NCBI GenBank assembly: GCA_047614865.1
Contig: JBLHFB010000001.1
Location: forward strand, 1-25,169
Direction: 5' to 3'
Length of the DNA stretch: 25,169 nucleotides
Origin: Gammaproteobacteria bacterium
GTDB taxonomy: Bacteria; Pseudomonadota; Gammaproteobacteria; JAPPPA01
Numbering within the stretch: position 1 is the first letter of the stretch; each line of letters opens with the position of its first letter. A program made the translations under genes and the position numbers. The notes under the pieces were generated by a model. It did no database searches, was not told the origin of the DNA, and saw only the letters and a program-made list of their open reading frames with translations. This document shows, one piece after another, positions 1 to 9,217 of this stretch.

Positions 1-1
1 C

Positions 2-160
2 TGTGAAATGCTCCGCGAAGGCAGCCTAGATATCGAAAGCATTGGCTTTAAATTAGGCTTCACAGAGCGACGCAGTTTCACTCAAGCATTCCAAAAGTGG
101 CAAGGACAAACTCCGTCCAGCTACCGCAAGAAAGCTGCCACTAAAAATCCAGACCGTTAA
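2..160 (+). CDS. AraC-family transcriptional regulator, C-terminal HTH (5' end outside window)
   Basis: Frame 2 reads CEMLREGSLDIESIGFKLGFTERRSFTQAFQKWQGQTPSSYRKK...DR* (TAA 158-160). This fits the AraC second-HTH signature (I..IA..LGF.....F.RAFK.W.G.TP..YR). Not in the ORF track; translated by hand. Confidence 0.85.
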   Translation, partial: CEMLREGSLDIESIGFKLGFTERRSFTQAFQKWQGQTPSSYRKKAATKNPDR

Positions 161-276
161 ATCTGCAACTCATTGACCTCAAAATGCCACGACGTTGGCG
201 GCCGGGGTCAAGATCGTCTGCCCGCATTATGCAATGATGCGCTCACCCAATAAACAGCATACGGCGAGAAGCACAG

Positions 277-1098
277 ATGGCCAAAACACCAATCACCCAC
301 GCACTTATATCCGGTGGCGCCAGCGGACTAGGCAATGGCCTAGCTTGCCGTTTACTTAAACGCGGAAGCCATGTCAGCATCCTCGATTTACGAATCAGTA
401 ACGACTATCGCCAAGCCTTAGACACGGCAGCCAAGCTGGGTGGTAGCCGCTGGAGTTACTTTGAAATCAACATTACCGACGCAGGTGTCGTTCAGACCGC
501 CGTTAACAAAGCGATTACAGAGTTTGGGGCCATTCAATTAGCGATTAATTCCGCTGGCATTGCGGTTAACAGAATTCTGGCCGACACCACCGTCGATGAC
601 TTTCAACGCGTCATCAATATCAACCTGGTTGGCAGCTTCAACTTTGCCAAAGCGGTATTGCCCACCATGGAACCGGGAGCACGCTTTGCCCTGCTCGCAT
701 CCATGGCCGGCTTTGTTGGCAACTACGGATACAGCGCCTACAGCGGTTCAAAATTTGGAGTGGTTGGTCTCGCTCACACTCTGCGCAATGAATACGAACC
801 GCATGGAATTCACGTTAGCTGCATTTGCCCACCTGAAGTGAAAACACCGATGGTGGAAGCCGAACATGTCAGCGGCGACCCAGTCAGCTTAGATCTTAAA
901 AAGATAGCCGGATCACTCGAATCAGATGACGCCTGCGACCAAATATTGAAAGGAATCGACCAAGGAAAATGGATTGTTGTTCCTGGGTACAGAGCGAAGC
1001 TTCTGGCGTTCGTGGCTCGCCACTTACCCGGAACCTTTACATTCTTTGGTCTTGTCGCGGTTAAAGCGACGATGAAGAAACACCATCGCCTGCCGTAA
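277..1098 (+). CDS. Short-chain dehydrogenase/reductase (classical SDR, NAD(P)-dependent)
   Basis: Gly-rich ISGGASGLG, NSAG motif, catalytic N (NLVG), S (ASMAG) and YxxxK (YSGSK); 273 aa. Confidence 0.92.
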   Translation: MAKTPITHALISGGASGLGNGLACRLLKRGSHVSILDLRISNDYRQALDTAAKLGGSRWSYFEINITDAGVVQTAVNKAITEFGAIQLAINSAGIAVNRILADTTVDDFQRVININLVGSFNFAKAVLPTMEPGARFALLASMAGFVGNYGYSAYSGSKFGVVGLAHTLRNEYEPHGIHVSCICPPEVKTPMVEAEHVSGDPVSLDLKKIAGSLESDDACDQILKGIDQGKWIVVPGYRAKLLAFVARHLPGTFTFFGLVAVKATMKKHHRLP

Positions 1099-1274
1099 CC
1101 GTCAGCAACAATCTCGACTAGTAGCCTAGCTAGGAACCCCAGAATTCTCCACCAAAGTGACGGGCAAGCTTGGGGATAAACATAGCCTCAAAACCATGCA
1201 ATTCGCCATATTGGGGCCGAAGTTTGGCATACGCTTATCTAAAGGCTGCCTTCTAATAGGAACCGCGCTAACCG

Positions 1275-2891
1275 CTAGAGCAAATCGTTCAGCTCGTCAG
1301 ACGCAATACTTTCCGCAGCTCGCGACGAAGTAGTACCTTGCCCCGCACCACCTGCTGTCTCTAACACCAAAACCTCACCTGCCGGAATCACCTCTCGGCC
1401 CATACCTTTTAAGGTTAGGCCATTTTTGATGTAGACCTTGGCGGGAGCGCCTGCTTCGCCGCCATCTCGGCCGCGAGGTGGGTGGCCAATACGGTCGAAC
1501 ATTTTGGATACGGCGAAGGCTTCACCTTGGGCGTGGGCGAATTCCATTACTTGGCCTAGCCCGCCACGATATTGCCCTGCCCCTGCTGATCCGGCCTTGA
1601 ATTCTTTACGCCATATAATCAGTGGTGAGGTGCTTTCGGTGACTTCGACCGAGGTGCTTTTTACCCCCGATGGAAACGCAGTACACGATAAGCCGTCTTT
1701 CGCTGGGCGTGCGCCGGTGCCGCCGGTGTAGAAGGCGTTTACGACGAACGGTGCGCTTTGGCTGCCTTCGATTACACCTTTCCCGCCGAGGAATACGGGA
1801 CCGAATAGGCATGACGACCCTTCGGCGGGCACTTGTCCTTTTAGCGGTATGGCAAGGCAACCGAGTACAACGTCGGGGAGCATTTGTCCTATAGCGTGAC
1901 GTGCCGAAACCGCGGCGGGCCGTGTGGCGTTAAGAATGCAGCCTTCGGGCGCGGTAACGTTGACGACCGCTAGTGAACCGGCGTTATTGGGAATGTCATT
2001 GCCGACCACACAACGCACACCAAACGAGGCGTAGGCTTGACTGTAGGTCAGCGGCACATTGATGCCGCGGCTGCTCATGGGCGAGCTGCCGGCAAAATCA
2101 ACATCAATACCATCGTGAGTAATTGTGACTTTGGCGCACAGCTCGATCGGCTGGTCGTAGCCGTCTACGGTCATGCTGTAGTGTGAGCTGCCTTGTGGCA
2201 GCTTGCGAATTTCTGTGAGCATCGCATCACGCGAGTGATTGATGATGATCTTGGCGACGGTTTGTAAGTCGCGTAGCTCAAACTCTTTCATCATCGCAAC
2301 GAGGCTTTCTGAGCCGGAGTAGTTGCACGCAACCAGCGAATGTAAGTCGCCTACCGCGGCAAGTGGATCACGAACATTGGCTCGTAGAATGTCCAGCAAG
2401 GTTTCGTTTGTCTGTCCTGCTTTTTTCAAGAATCCCATTGGGATATTCAAACCTTCTTCAAACACTTGCCGGCCGTCGGGACCAAAGCCCAAACCACCAA
2501 TATCGGCAATATGTGTGGTGGCGGCGAATAACGCCACGGCTTGGCCTTGATGGAATACTGGGGTGACCACGGTAAAGTCGTTTAGGTGTCCGGTGCCGTA
2601 CCAAGGGTCATTGGTTAGCAACACGTCGCCTTGCACGAGGCTTTCGATTGGGAATTTATCTAAGAAGAAACCGACACTGGCGGCCATCGCGTTAACGTGG
2701 CCCGGTGTGCCGGTTACTGCTTGGGCGAGCATTTGCCCTTGGGTGTCGAACACGCCACAAGACAAGTCGCCTGCTTCGCGAACCGTGGTTGAGAACGCGG
2801 TGCGAATCAGCGTTTGTGCCTGCTCTTCTACAATTGCTAAGAGCCGATCCCAAATGATTTGCTGGTGAATCGCGTTGAGTGCATTGCTCAT
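1275..2891 (-). CDS. Hydantoinase B/oxoprolinase family protein (HyuB-like, amidohydrolase subunit)
   Basis: Motifs AFSTTVREAGDLSCG, NDPWYGTGHLND, HIADIGG, EEGL, NVRDP..GDL, GGTGA. ATG overlaps the stop of the A subunit (ATGA, 2888-2891). Confidence 0.9.
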   Translation of the reverse strand: MSNALNAIHQQIIWDRLLAIVEEQAQTLIRTAFSTTVREAGDLSCGVFDTQGQMLAQAVTGTPGHVNAMAASVGFFLDKFPIESLVQGDVLLTNDPWYGTGHLNDFTVVTPVFHQGQAVALFAATTHIADIGGLGFGPDGRQVFEEGLNIPMGFLKKAGQTNETLLDILRANVRDPLAAVGDLHSLVACNYSGSESLVAMMKEFELRDLQTVAKIIINHSRDAMLTEIRKLPQGSSHYSMTVDGYDQPIELCAKVTITHDGIDVDFAGSSPMSSRGINVPLTYSQAYASFGVRCVVGNDIPNNAGSLAVVNVTAPEGCILNATRPAAVSARHAIGQMLPDVVLGCLAIPLKGQVPAEGSSCLFGPVFLGGKGVIEGSQSAPFVVNAFYTGGTGARPAKDGLSCTAFPSGVKSTSVEVTESTSPLIIWRKEFKAGSAGAGQYRGGLGQVMEFAHAQGEAFAVSKMFDRIGHPPRGRDGGEAGAPAKVYIKNGLTLKGMGREVIPAGEVLVLETAGGAGQGTTSSRAAESIASDELNDLL

Positions 2892-4993
2892 GATGCTTCT
2901 CCTTTGCGGGTCAGCACAATGTAGGTTTGTGGATCAACTCTTACATCAAACGATGAAGTAACAACCGTCGTAGTTTGGTCTTCGGTAATCAGCGCTGGAC
3001 CGCTAAGCTGGCAACCGGCCTGCAAGCTGTTTCGCGAATACACCGGCACGCTTACACGCCTGCCTAAGGCAGGATCGAATAACGATTGGTGGCTGATCGG
3101 TTTTGGCTTGTTCGCTGTATCAGGCTGAGTCGCTACAGTGGGGATATTGTCTTGTACTGACGACGAAACGGTTAGCGTCCAGCTCAATACCTCGACATCA
3201 ATACCGGCAATAACTTGGCCGTATAGCTGACGATAAACCGACTCAAACGCGTCACGTAATACTTGGCCGTGTTGGTCGGCGTAATCTTCAATCGGCAAAT
3301 TCACCGCAACCTCATGGCCTTGGCCGACATATCGCATATATGCTTGACGGGTTTCGGTTACCGCCGCACCGCTTCTGCTGGCTTGACTTACCACGGCAAG
3401 CGCTTCGTTACGCATCTCGTTGGTTAGCTGATTGATTTGAGATGCATCGAAGATGGACAGCAGTTGATGACGACTCCGCACCACTTCATAAGCGACTGGC
3501 GCCAACAAGAAACCAACTGCCGAACCCACGCCTGCATCGGTAGGCACAATCACAGTTTTAATCCCGAGTTTTTCAGCCAAGCGCGCGGCGTGTAAAGGCG
3601 CGGCACCGCCAAAGGCGACCATTGAGCGTGCGGCTAAATCCATACCAAACTCAGAGGCATGGGCGCGAGCGGCAGCTGCCATGTTTTCGTCGACCACCTC
3701 GCTGATTCCTAAGGCGGCGGTGTCGGTATCTAAGCTCAACGGCTTAGCGATTTCTACATCGATGGCTTGGCTCGATTTCTCGGCTTGCAGGCTAAACGCA
3801 CCACCGGCAAACGATTCGGTTACTACTCGGCCCAAATGGACATCGGCATCGGTCACTGCCGGACGCGTTCCGCCAAGGCCATAAGCCGCAGGGCCAGGCT
3901 CTGAACCGGCGCTTTCGGGGCCAACCTGAATACGTTTTAGCTTGTCGACATGAGCGATAGAACCACCACCCGCGCCGATCTCAACCATTTCAATTACCGG
4001 AATACGCACCGGCAAGCCACTGCCTTTTTTGAAGCGATACACGCGGTCCACTTCAAAGCTGCGAGAGGTTAGCGGTTCAAAGTTGTTAATCATGCACAAC
4101 TTGGCGGTGGTGCCGCCCATATCAAATGAAAGTAAGTCTTGGATGTCGGATTGGATCGCCACGTCGCGGGCCAGAATCGCACCGCCAGCGGGGCCCGACT
4201 CAACTAAGCGAATTGGAAATTTAGCGGCGGTATCTAAGGTGCATAAACCGCCGCCCGATGTCATTAACAAGAACGGGCAAGCGTAGCCCAAGCCTTGTAG
4301 CTCGCCTTCTAGACGATGCAGGTAACGAGACATCAGCGGGCGAACGTAGGCGCTGGCTGTGGCGGTCGACAGGCGTTCATACTCGCGAATTTCTGGGCAA
4401 ACCTGGGAGGCGAGCGTGATCGACAAATCGGGACGCAAACGCTGCAATAAATCGGCGGTTTGCTGCTCGTGCATTGGGTTGGCATAAGCGTGCAAATAAC
4501 CTATTGCGACACTCTCGATCTCGTATCGGTCCAACACTGAAATTGCATCATGAATGGTAGATTCGTCCAGTGGTTTGAGCACGTTACCGCGCCAGTCCAT
4601 TCGCTCGCTAATCGGTAGTCGCAAATACCGTGGTACCAATGGCTTTGGCCGGTCTATATTGATGTCGTATTGCTCAAAGCGATCTTCGTGAGCCATTTCT
4701 AAAGCATCACGATGGCCTTCGGTCGTCAGCAATGCAGTTTTCGCACCACGGCGTTCAATCAAAGCATTGGTTGCCAGCGTGGTACCGTGAATAATCAGCT
4801 CCACATCCGCAGGCTGCAAGCCCGCCTGCCCCATCACTTTACAAATGCCCGCCAACACCGCCTCGCCCGGATGAGCATAGGTGGTTAACACTTTGGTGGT
4901 AACGCGTTGCCCCGTTGGGAGCTGCAATACAACGTCAGTAAAGGTGCCGCCAATATCGACAGCTAAACGGGCTTGGTTCTGCGGTGATGTCAC
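2888..4993 (-). CDS. Hydantoinase A/oxoprolinase family protein (HyuA-like, ATP-binding subunit)
   Basis: DIGGTFTD, HGTTLATNALIER, SGPAGG, DMGGTT, GAGGGSIA, AFGGAAPLHA, RYVGQGHE; GTG start; 701 aa. Confidence 0.92.
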   Translation of the reverse strand: MTSPQNQARLAVDIGGTFTDVVLQLPTGQRVTTKVLTTYAHPGEAVLAGICKVMGQAGLQPADVELIIHGTTLATNALIERRGAKTALLTTEGHRDALEMAHEDRFEQYDINIDRPKPLVPRYLRLPISERMDWRGNVLKPLDESTIHDAISVLDRYEIESVAIGYLHAYANPMHEQQTADLLQRLRPDLSITLASQVCPEIREYERLSTATASAYVRPLMSRYLHRLEGELQGLGYACPFLLMTSGGGLCTLDTAAKFPIRLVESGPAGGAILARDVAIQSDIQDLLSFDMGGTTAKLCMINNFEPLTSRSFEVDRVYRFKKGSGLPVRIPVIEMVEIGAGGGSIAHVDKLKRIQVGPESAGSEPGPAAYGLGGTRPAVTDADVHLGRVVTESFAGGAFSLQAEKSSQAIDVEIAKPLSLDTDTAALGISEVVDENMAAAARAHASEFGMDLAARSMVAFGGAAPLHAARLAEKLGIKTVIVPTDAGVGSAVGFLLAPVAYEVVRSRHQLLSIFDASQINQLTNEMRNEALAVVSQASRSGAAVTETRQAYMRYVGQGHEVAVNLPIEDYADQHGQVLRDAFESVYRQLYGQVIAGIDVEVLSWTLTVSSSVQDNIPTVATQPDTANKPKPISHQSLFDPALGRRVSVPVYSRNSLQAGCQLSGPALITEDQTTTVVTSSFDVRVDPQTYIVLTRKGEAS

Positions 4994-5092
4994 GTGGGAT
5001 GCTCAGTTATTGGGGTGTTTGATAAGCCTACAGTTTAATCGTCTGTATGAGTTTCAGGCATAATAATTGCTACCTCTCAACAAAGCTCATCG

Positions 5093-5533
5093 ATGAAAAA
5101 TATCCCCCTAATTGCTACGGCATTATTATGCTTCGCCCTGTTTGGCTGTTCTGGTTCTGGCGCTCCCGAAATCACCGATGGCTGGGTGCGTCTCGCACCG
5201 CCTAATGCCAAAGTAAACGCTGGCTATGTCGCGATAGACAACCCCAGCGACTCGACCCTTGAATTAGTTGCGGGCAGCGCCGAAGGCTACGAGCGCCTTG
5301 AGCTGCATATGATGCGTATGAATGGCGGCAATATGATTATGCGTCAGGTGGACTCGTTCTCTATTCCAGCCAGAGGCAGCTTAACTTTGTCTCCAGGCAG
5401 CGATCATCTAATGCTGATAGCCCCGAGTGAAACCCGCAAAGAGGGTGACGTTGTGAAGATTGTTTTGCAGGTCAAAGCTGCAGATGGAAGCGTTACAACG
5501 CTGCCTTACCCGTTCACTGTTCGCCGAAACTAG
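5093..5533 (+). CDS. Periplasmic copper chaperone PCu(A)C, probable lipoprotein
   Basis: Exact H-X10-M-X21-H-X-M motif (H-MMRMNGGNMI-M-RQVDSFSIPARGSLTLSPGSD-HLM). N-terminal hydrophobic stretch ends in LFG-C19. Confidence 0.9.
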   Translation: MKNIPLIATALLCFALFGCSGSGAPEITDGWVRLAPPNAKVNAGYVAIDNPSDSTLELVAGSAEGYERLELHMMRMNGGNMIMRQVDSFSIPARGSLTLSPGSDHLMLIAPSETRKEGDVVKIVLQVKAADGSVTTLPYPFTVRRN

Positions 5534-5545
5534 GCAGCGCATCCA

Positions 5546-6772
5546 ATGACAGCAGTTAGCCCACCCAAACACGCGATCGCGTTCATCCTGATTACTGTGT
5601 TCTTGGATACAGTCAGCTTTGGGCTAATTATTCCAGTGATGCCACAGATCATGATGGAGATCACCGGCAAGCCTGCTTCCGACGCAGTCGCTGTGGCGGG
5701 CTTGCTGATGTTTGTGTTCGCGATTATGCAGTTCTTTGCGATGCCGATATTGGGCAGCCTATCTGACCGTTTCGGTCGCCGCCCTGTTCTGCTTTTGTCG
5801 CTAGCGGCGTTTGTGGTGGATTACATTATTATCGGCTTTGCCAATTCGCTGTGGCTGCTGTTTGCGGCGCGCGCCATTGCGGGCGTTTGCGGCGCAACCC
5901 ACGCGATGGCGAGCGCCTACATTGCCGACGTTGCCCCACCAGAGAAGCGCTCACAGTATTTTGGTTACATCGGCGCCGCATTTGGGCTCGGCTTTGTTAT
6001 TGGCCCTGCACTTGGTGGGCTGCTAGGTGACATCGGGTCACGTATTCCGTTTTTTGTCGCCGCTGGAGCAGCGTTCACAAACTTAGTTTACGGCTATTTT
6101 GTATTGCCAGAAACATTGCTACCGGAAAACCGTCGCGAGTTCTCCTGGAGGCGTGCTAACCCAGTGGGCTCGATGGTAACGATCGGCAAGTTTCCATTAT
6201 TGTTCGGCTTATTCGCAGTACTGTTTTTGATGCAAGTTGCTCACGACTCACTGCCGTCTGTTTGGACGTGGTACACGATTGAGAAGTTTGACTGGAGCGA
6301 GCGCCAAATAGGCGCTTCATTAGCGCTGGTGGGAATTTGTAATTTCGTTGTGATGGGCTTCTTAAACGGACCTATATCAAGGCGTTTAGGCGAAAAAAAC
6401 ACCGCGGTAACAGGTTTACTAATGGGCGCTACTGGGTTTTTCGGCTTTGCCTTTGCTAGCCAAGACTGGCACTTGTTGCTGTGGATTGTTCCATTTGCTT
6501 TTATGGGGCTCGCTACTCCCAACATTAATTCAATCATGGTGGGTAAAACAGCCTCCAATGCTCAGGGCGAGCTTCAAGGTATACGTGGGTCATTGGCAGC
6601 GGTGTCGATGATAATTGCCCCGCTGTTCATGACGCAGTTGATGGCGTTTTTCTCGTCTGACAGCGCTCCGTTCTATTTTCCTGGAGCGAGTTACGCTACC
6701 GCAGGAAGCTTAATGTTCATCGGCTGTATATTGTTCGTTATCACTCTAAGACGCTTGAATCGCTTGAGCTAA
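5546..6772 (+). CDS. TCR/Tet-family (DHA1) MFS transporter
   Basis: About 12 hydrophobic segments, MFS motif A ([14 protein letters not shown]), AYIAD, and antiporter motif C ([10 protein letters not shown]); 408 aa. Confidence 0.9.
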   Translation: MTAVSPPKHAIAFILITVFLDTVSFGLIIPVMPQIMMEITGKPASDAVAVAGLLMFVFAIMQFFAMPILGSLSDRFGRRPVLLLSLAAFVVDYIIIGFANSLWLLFAARAIAGVCGATHAMASAYIADVAPPEKRSQYFGYIGAAFGLGFVIGPALGGLLGDIGSRIPFFVAAGAAFTNLVYGYFVLPETLLPENRREFSWRRANPVGSMVTIGKFPLLFGLFAVLFLMQVAHDSLPSVWTWYTIEKFDWSERQIGASLALVGICNFVVMGFLNGPISRRLGEKNTAVTGLLMGATGFFGFAFASQDWHLLLWIVPFAFMGLATPNINSIMVGKTASNAQGELQGIRGSLAAVSMIIAPLFMTQLMAFFSSDSAPFYFPGASYATAGSLMFIGCILFVITLRRLNRLS

Positions 6773-6863
6773 GCCCTCTGCTAGGTCGCACTACAGCGTC
6801 GCATGCTGTATCCTGCGCCATCCCGTCACCCCCGACGGGTTTCCCCCAATTACCGAGACCGCC

Positions 6864-8246
6864 ATGAACTTTGAATCATTAGGCCTTTCTCCTCGTATTC
6901 TTGAAGCTGTTAAAGCCAAAGGTTACGATACTCCGTCGCCAATTCAAGCCCAAGCCATACCCGCAATCCTGGCTGGCAAAGACGTAATGGCTGCCGCTCA
7001 GACTGGCACAGGCAAAACAGCTGGTTTTACATTGCCTCTTTTGGAGCTGCTGTCGAAAGGCGAGCGTCCACGTCCGAATCAAGTTCGCGCTTTAGTACTC
7101 ACCCCAACACGTGAGTTAGCCGCACAGGTTGCTGAAAGCGTTGAAACTTACGGTAAGAATTTACCGCTCAAGTCTGACGTTGTTTTTGGCGGCGTTAAAG
7201 CTAACCCACAAATGCAACGCCTACGCGGCGGTGTTGACGTATTGGTAGCAACTCCTGGCCGCTTGTTGGACTTGTACAACCAGAATGCTATTCGTTTCAA
7301 TCAACTAGAAATACTCGTCTTAGACGAAGCCGACCGCATGCTGGATATGGGCTTTATCAACGATATCAAAAAAATTATTGCCTTGCTGCCATCGAAACGC
7401 CAGAACCTATTGTTCTCCGCAACGTTCTCTGATGACATCCGTAAGCTGGCGCGCACCTTCATCAACAACCCTATTGAAGTTTCGGTTGCTCCCGCTAACA
7501 GTGCAGCCACGACCGTTAAGCAGTGGATCGTGCCGGTCGACAAGCGCCAAAAACCGGCCCTACTTGCCGCAATGATCCAAGAAAACAACTGGCAACAGGT
7601 GTTGGTATTTATGCGCACCAAACACGGCGCCAACAAGCTGGTTAAGCAACTAGAAGTAGCTGGTATTAAGTCTGCAGCTATCCACGGCAATAAAAGCCAA
7701 GGTGCTCGTACACGAGCGCTTAAAGAATTTAAGGCAAGTGAAATTCAAGCGCTAGTTGCGACTGATATCGCCGCGCGTGGGATTGATATTGATCAACTTC
7801 CACAAGTAGTAAATTTTGAGCTGCCCAATGTTTCAGAAGACTATGTTCACCGTATTGGCCGTACAGGCCGTGCCGGCGCTAGTGGCCAAGCCGTTTCGCT
7901 AGTTTGTGCCGATGAATATCCGGAGCTAGCAGGTATTGAACACCTCACACAATCAATCATCGAACGGGTTTATCACGACGATTTCTACCCGGAGCATGAA
8001 CTTCCAGAGTCACGCTTAGACCGCAAGCCGCCCAAAATTAAGGGCCCCAAAAGAGCGAGTCAAGGCCATTCCGATGGTCAACGCCGTCCCGATGGGCACA
8101 ACACCCGTTCTGGTCGTTCTGGCCAAAGCCCTGCCCGTAGTGGTGGTGGCGGCGGACGTGGGCGCGGTGGTGCGGGTGGCAATAGCGGGACTGGTGGTAA
8201 TCCACGTCGCCAAGGCGGCGGTGGTAACACCAACGGAAACAAGTAG
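6864..8246 (+). CDS. rhlE: DEAD-box ATP-dependent RNA helicase, RhlE-like
   Basis: Q motif (PSPIQ), [38 protein letters not shown]; VVFGGV and [10 protein letters not shown] segments are typical of RhlE; Gly/Arg-rich tail. Confidence 0.88.
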   Translation: MNFESLGLSPRILEAVKAKGYDTPSPIQAQAIPAILAGKDVMAAAQTGTGKTAGFTLPLLELLSKGERPRPNQVRALVLTPTRELAAQVAESVETYGKNLPLKSDVVFGGVKANPQMQRLRGGVDVLVATPGRLLDLYNQNAIRFNQLEILVLDEADRMLDMGFINDIKKIIALLPSKRQNLLFSATFSDDIRKLARTFINNPIEVSVAPANSAATTVKQWIVPVDKRQKPALLAAMIQENNWQQVLVFMRTKHGANKLVKQLEVAGIKSAAIHGNKSQGARTRALKEFKASEIQALVATDIAARGIDIDQLPQVVNFELPNVSEDYVHRIGRTGRAGASGQAVSLVCADEYPELAGIEHLTQSIIERVYHDDFYPEHELPESRLDRKPPKIKGPKRASQGHSDGQRRPDGHNTRSGRSGQSPARSGGGGGRGRGGAGGNSGTGGNPRRQGGGGNTNGNK

Positions 8247-8257
8247 AGCCAGTACGA

Positions 8258-8740
8258 ATGCCTTCCACTGAACGTATCGCGGTACTGGTTGATGTGCAAA
8301 ACATCTATTACACCACCCGCGATGCGTTTGGCCGAGCGTTCAACTACCGAACATTCTGGAAGTCGTTAAGCGAGCAAGGCGAGATTGTTGTCGCCAACGC
8401 TTACGCCACTGATAAAGGCGACGACGGACAACACAAGTTTCAATCAGCACTTCGCCACATTGGCTTTAACGTTAAGTTAAAACCCTATATCCAACGAGCT
8501 GATGGTTCAGCGAAGGGGGATTGGGATGTTGGCATCACGATTGATGCGATGGAGGCTGCCGCTCAAGTCGACAAGCTGATTTTACTATCCGGCGATGGCG
8601 ACTTTGATCTGCTGCTTCAGCATGTCGCTGCAAAGCATGGAATATCGACCGAAGTGTATGGTGTCCCGTCTTTAACCGCGAATAGCCTTATTCAGTCTTG
8701 CGCAGTGTTCCACCCTATCAGCGAAGATCTACTGCTTTAA
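8258..8740 (+). CDS. NYN-domain (LabA/DUF88, PIN-like) putative ribonuclease
   Basis: VDVQNIYY, KGDWDVGITIDAM and LLSGDGDF carry the conserved acidic residues. Starts 11 nt after the rhlE stop. Confidence 0.88.
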   Translation: MPSTERIAVLVDVQNIYYTTRDAFGRAFNYRTFWKSLSEQGEIVVANAYATDKGDDGQHKFQSALRHIGFNVKLKPYIQRADGSAKGDWDVGITIDAMEAAAQVDKLILLSGDGDFDLLLQHVAAKHGISTEVYGVPSLTANSLIQSCAVFHPISEDLLL

Positions 8741-8795
8741 GCAATCAAGCTTCTTGCGCCTGTATCTGAGCGACAAGACAAACCATTTCGGCATA

Positions 8796-8827
8796 AAAAA
8801 AGGCGAAGCATAAGCTTCGCCTTTTTT
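8796..8827. terminator. Bidirectional rho-independent terminator between the NYN and csp genes
   Basis: Perfect inverted repeat AAAAAAGGCGAAGC-ATAA-GCTTCGCCTTTTTT, giving a U-run on both strands, between convergent genes. Confidence 0.92.
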
Positions 8828-8846
8828 AGCATTTAACAGCTACAAC

Positions 8847-9053
8847 CTATAGAGGTGTAATGTTTTCTGCTTGTGGGCCTTTTTCGCCTTCAGTTACTGT
8901 GAAAGTAACTTTTTGGCCTTCAGCAAGGGTTTTGAAACCAGAGCCAACGATAGCGCGGAAGTGAGCAAACACGTCTGGGCCATTTTCTTGAGCGATAAAA
9001 CCGAAGCCTTTAGCTTCATTGAACCATTTAACTGTGCCAGTTACTGTAGACAT
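8847..9053 (-). CDS. Cold-shock protein (CspA family)
   Basis: 68 aa; [15 protein letters not shown] (RNP1) and DVFAHF (RNP2). The specific paralogue cannot be assigned. Confidence 0.96.
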   Translation of the reverse strand: MSTVTGTVKWFNEAKGFGFIAQENGPDVFAHFRAIVGSGFKTLAEGQKVTFTVTEGEKGPQAENITPL

Positions 9054-9217
9054 TTTGGAAATCCTGTACGTAGATCAAAGTAATTAAGTTTGACGAATCA
9101 AACTAGAGTTTCGCTAAAAGGTTTGCAATTACTTATGAACAGCAGGACGACAATGTGGCGAACCACAAGGCCAAAGCGTAAAACATAAAAAATGGACAAA
9201 AACTCAAGCTCGGCGGC

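Noticed and set aside
1125-1134. CTAGCTAG palindromes here and at the purF (18967) and SPOR-gene (21304) ends
   Set aside because: Two arise from AGC-TAG at gene ends and CTAG is common in this DNA; there is no shared flanking sequence, so this is not a repeat family.
1099-1274. 176-bp gap between the convergent SDR and hyuB genes as a possible sRNA
   Set aside because: No clear promoter, terminator or stable structure; only a 6-bp distant inverted repeat (1099-1104 / 1158-1163).
5546-6772. Calling the MFS a tetracycline-resistance gene (tetA)
   Set aside because: Family motifs only; there is no adjacent tetR or mobile context, and chromosomal Tet-like MFS proteins often have other substrates.
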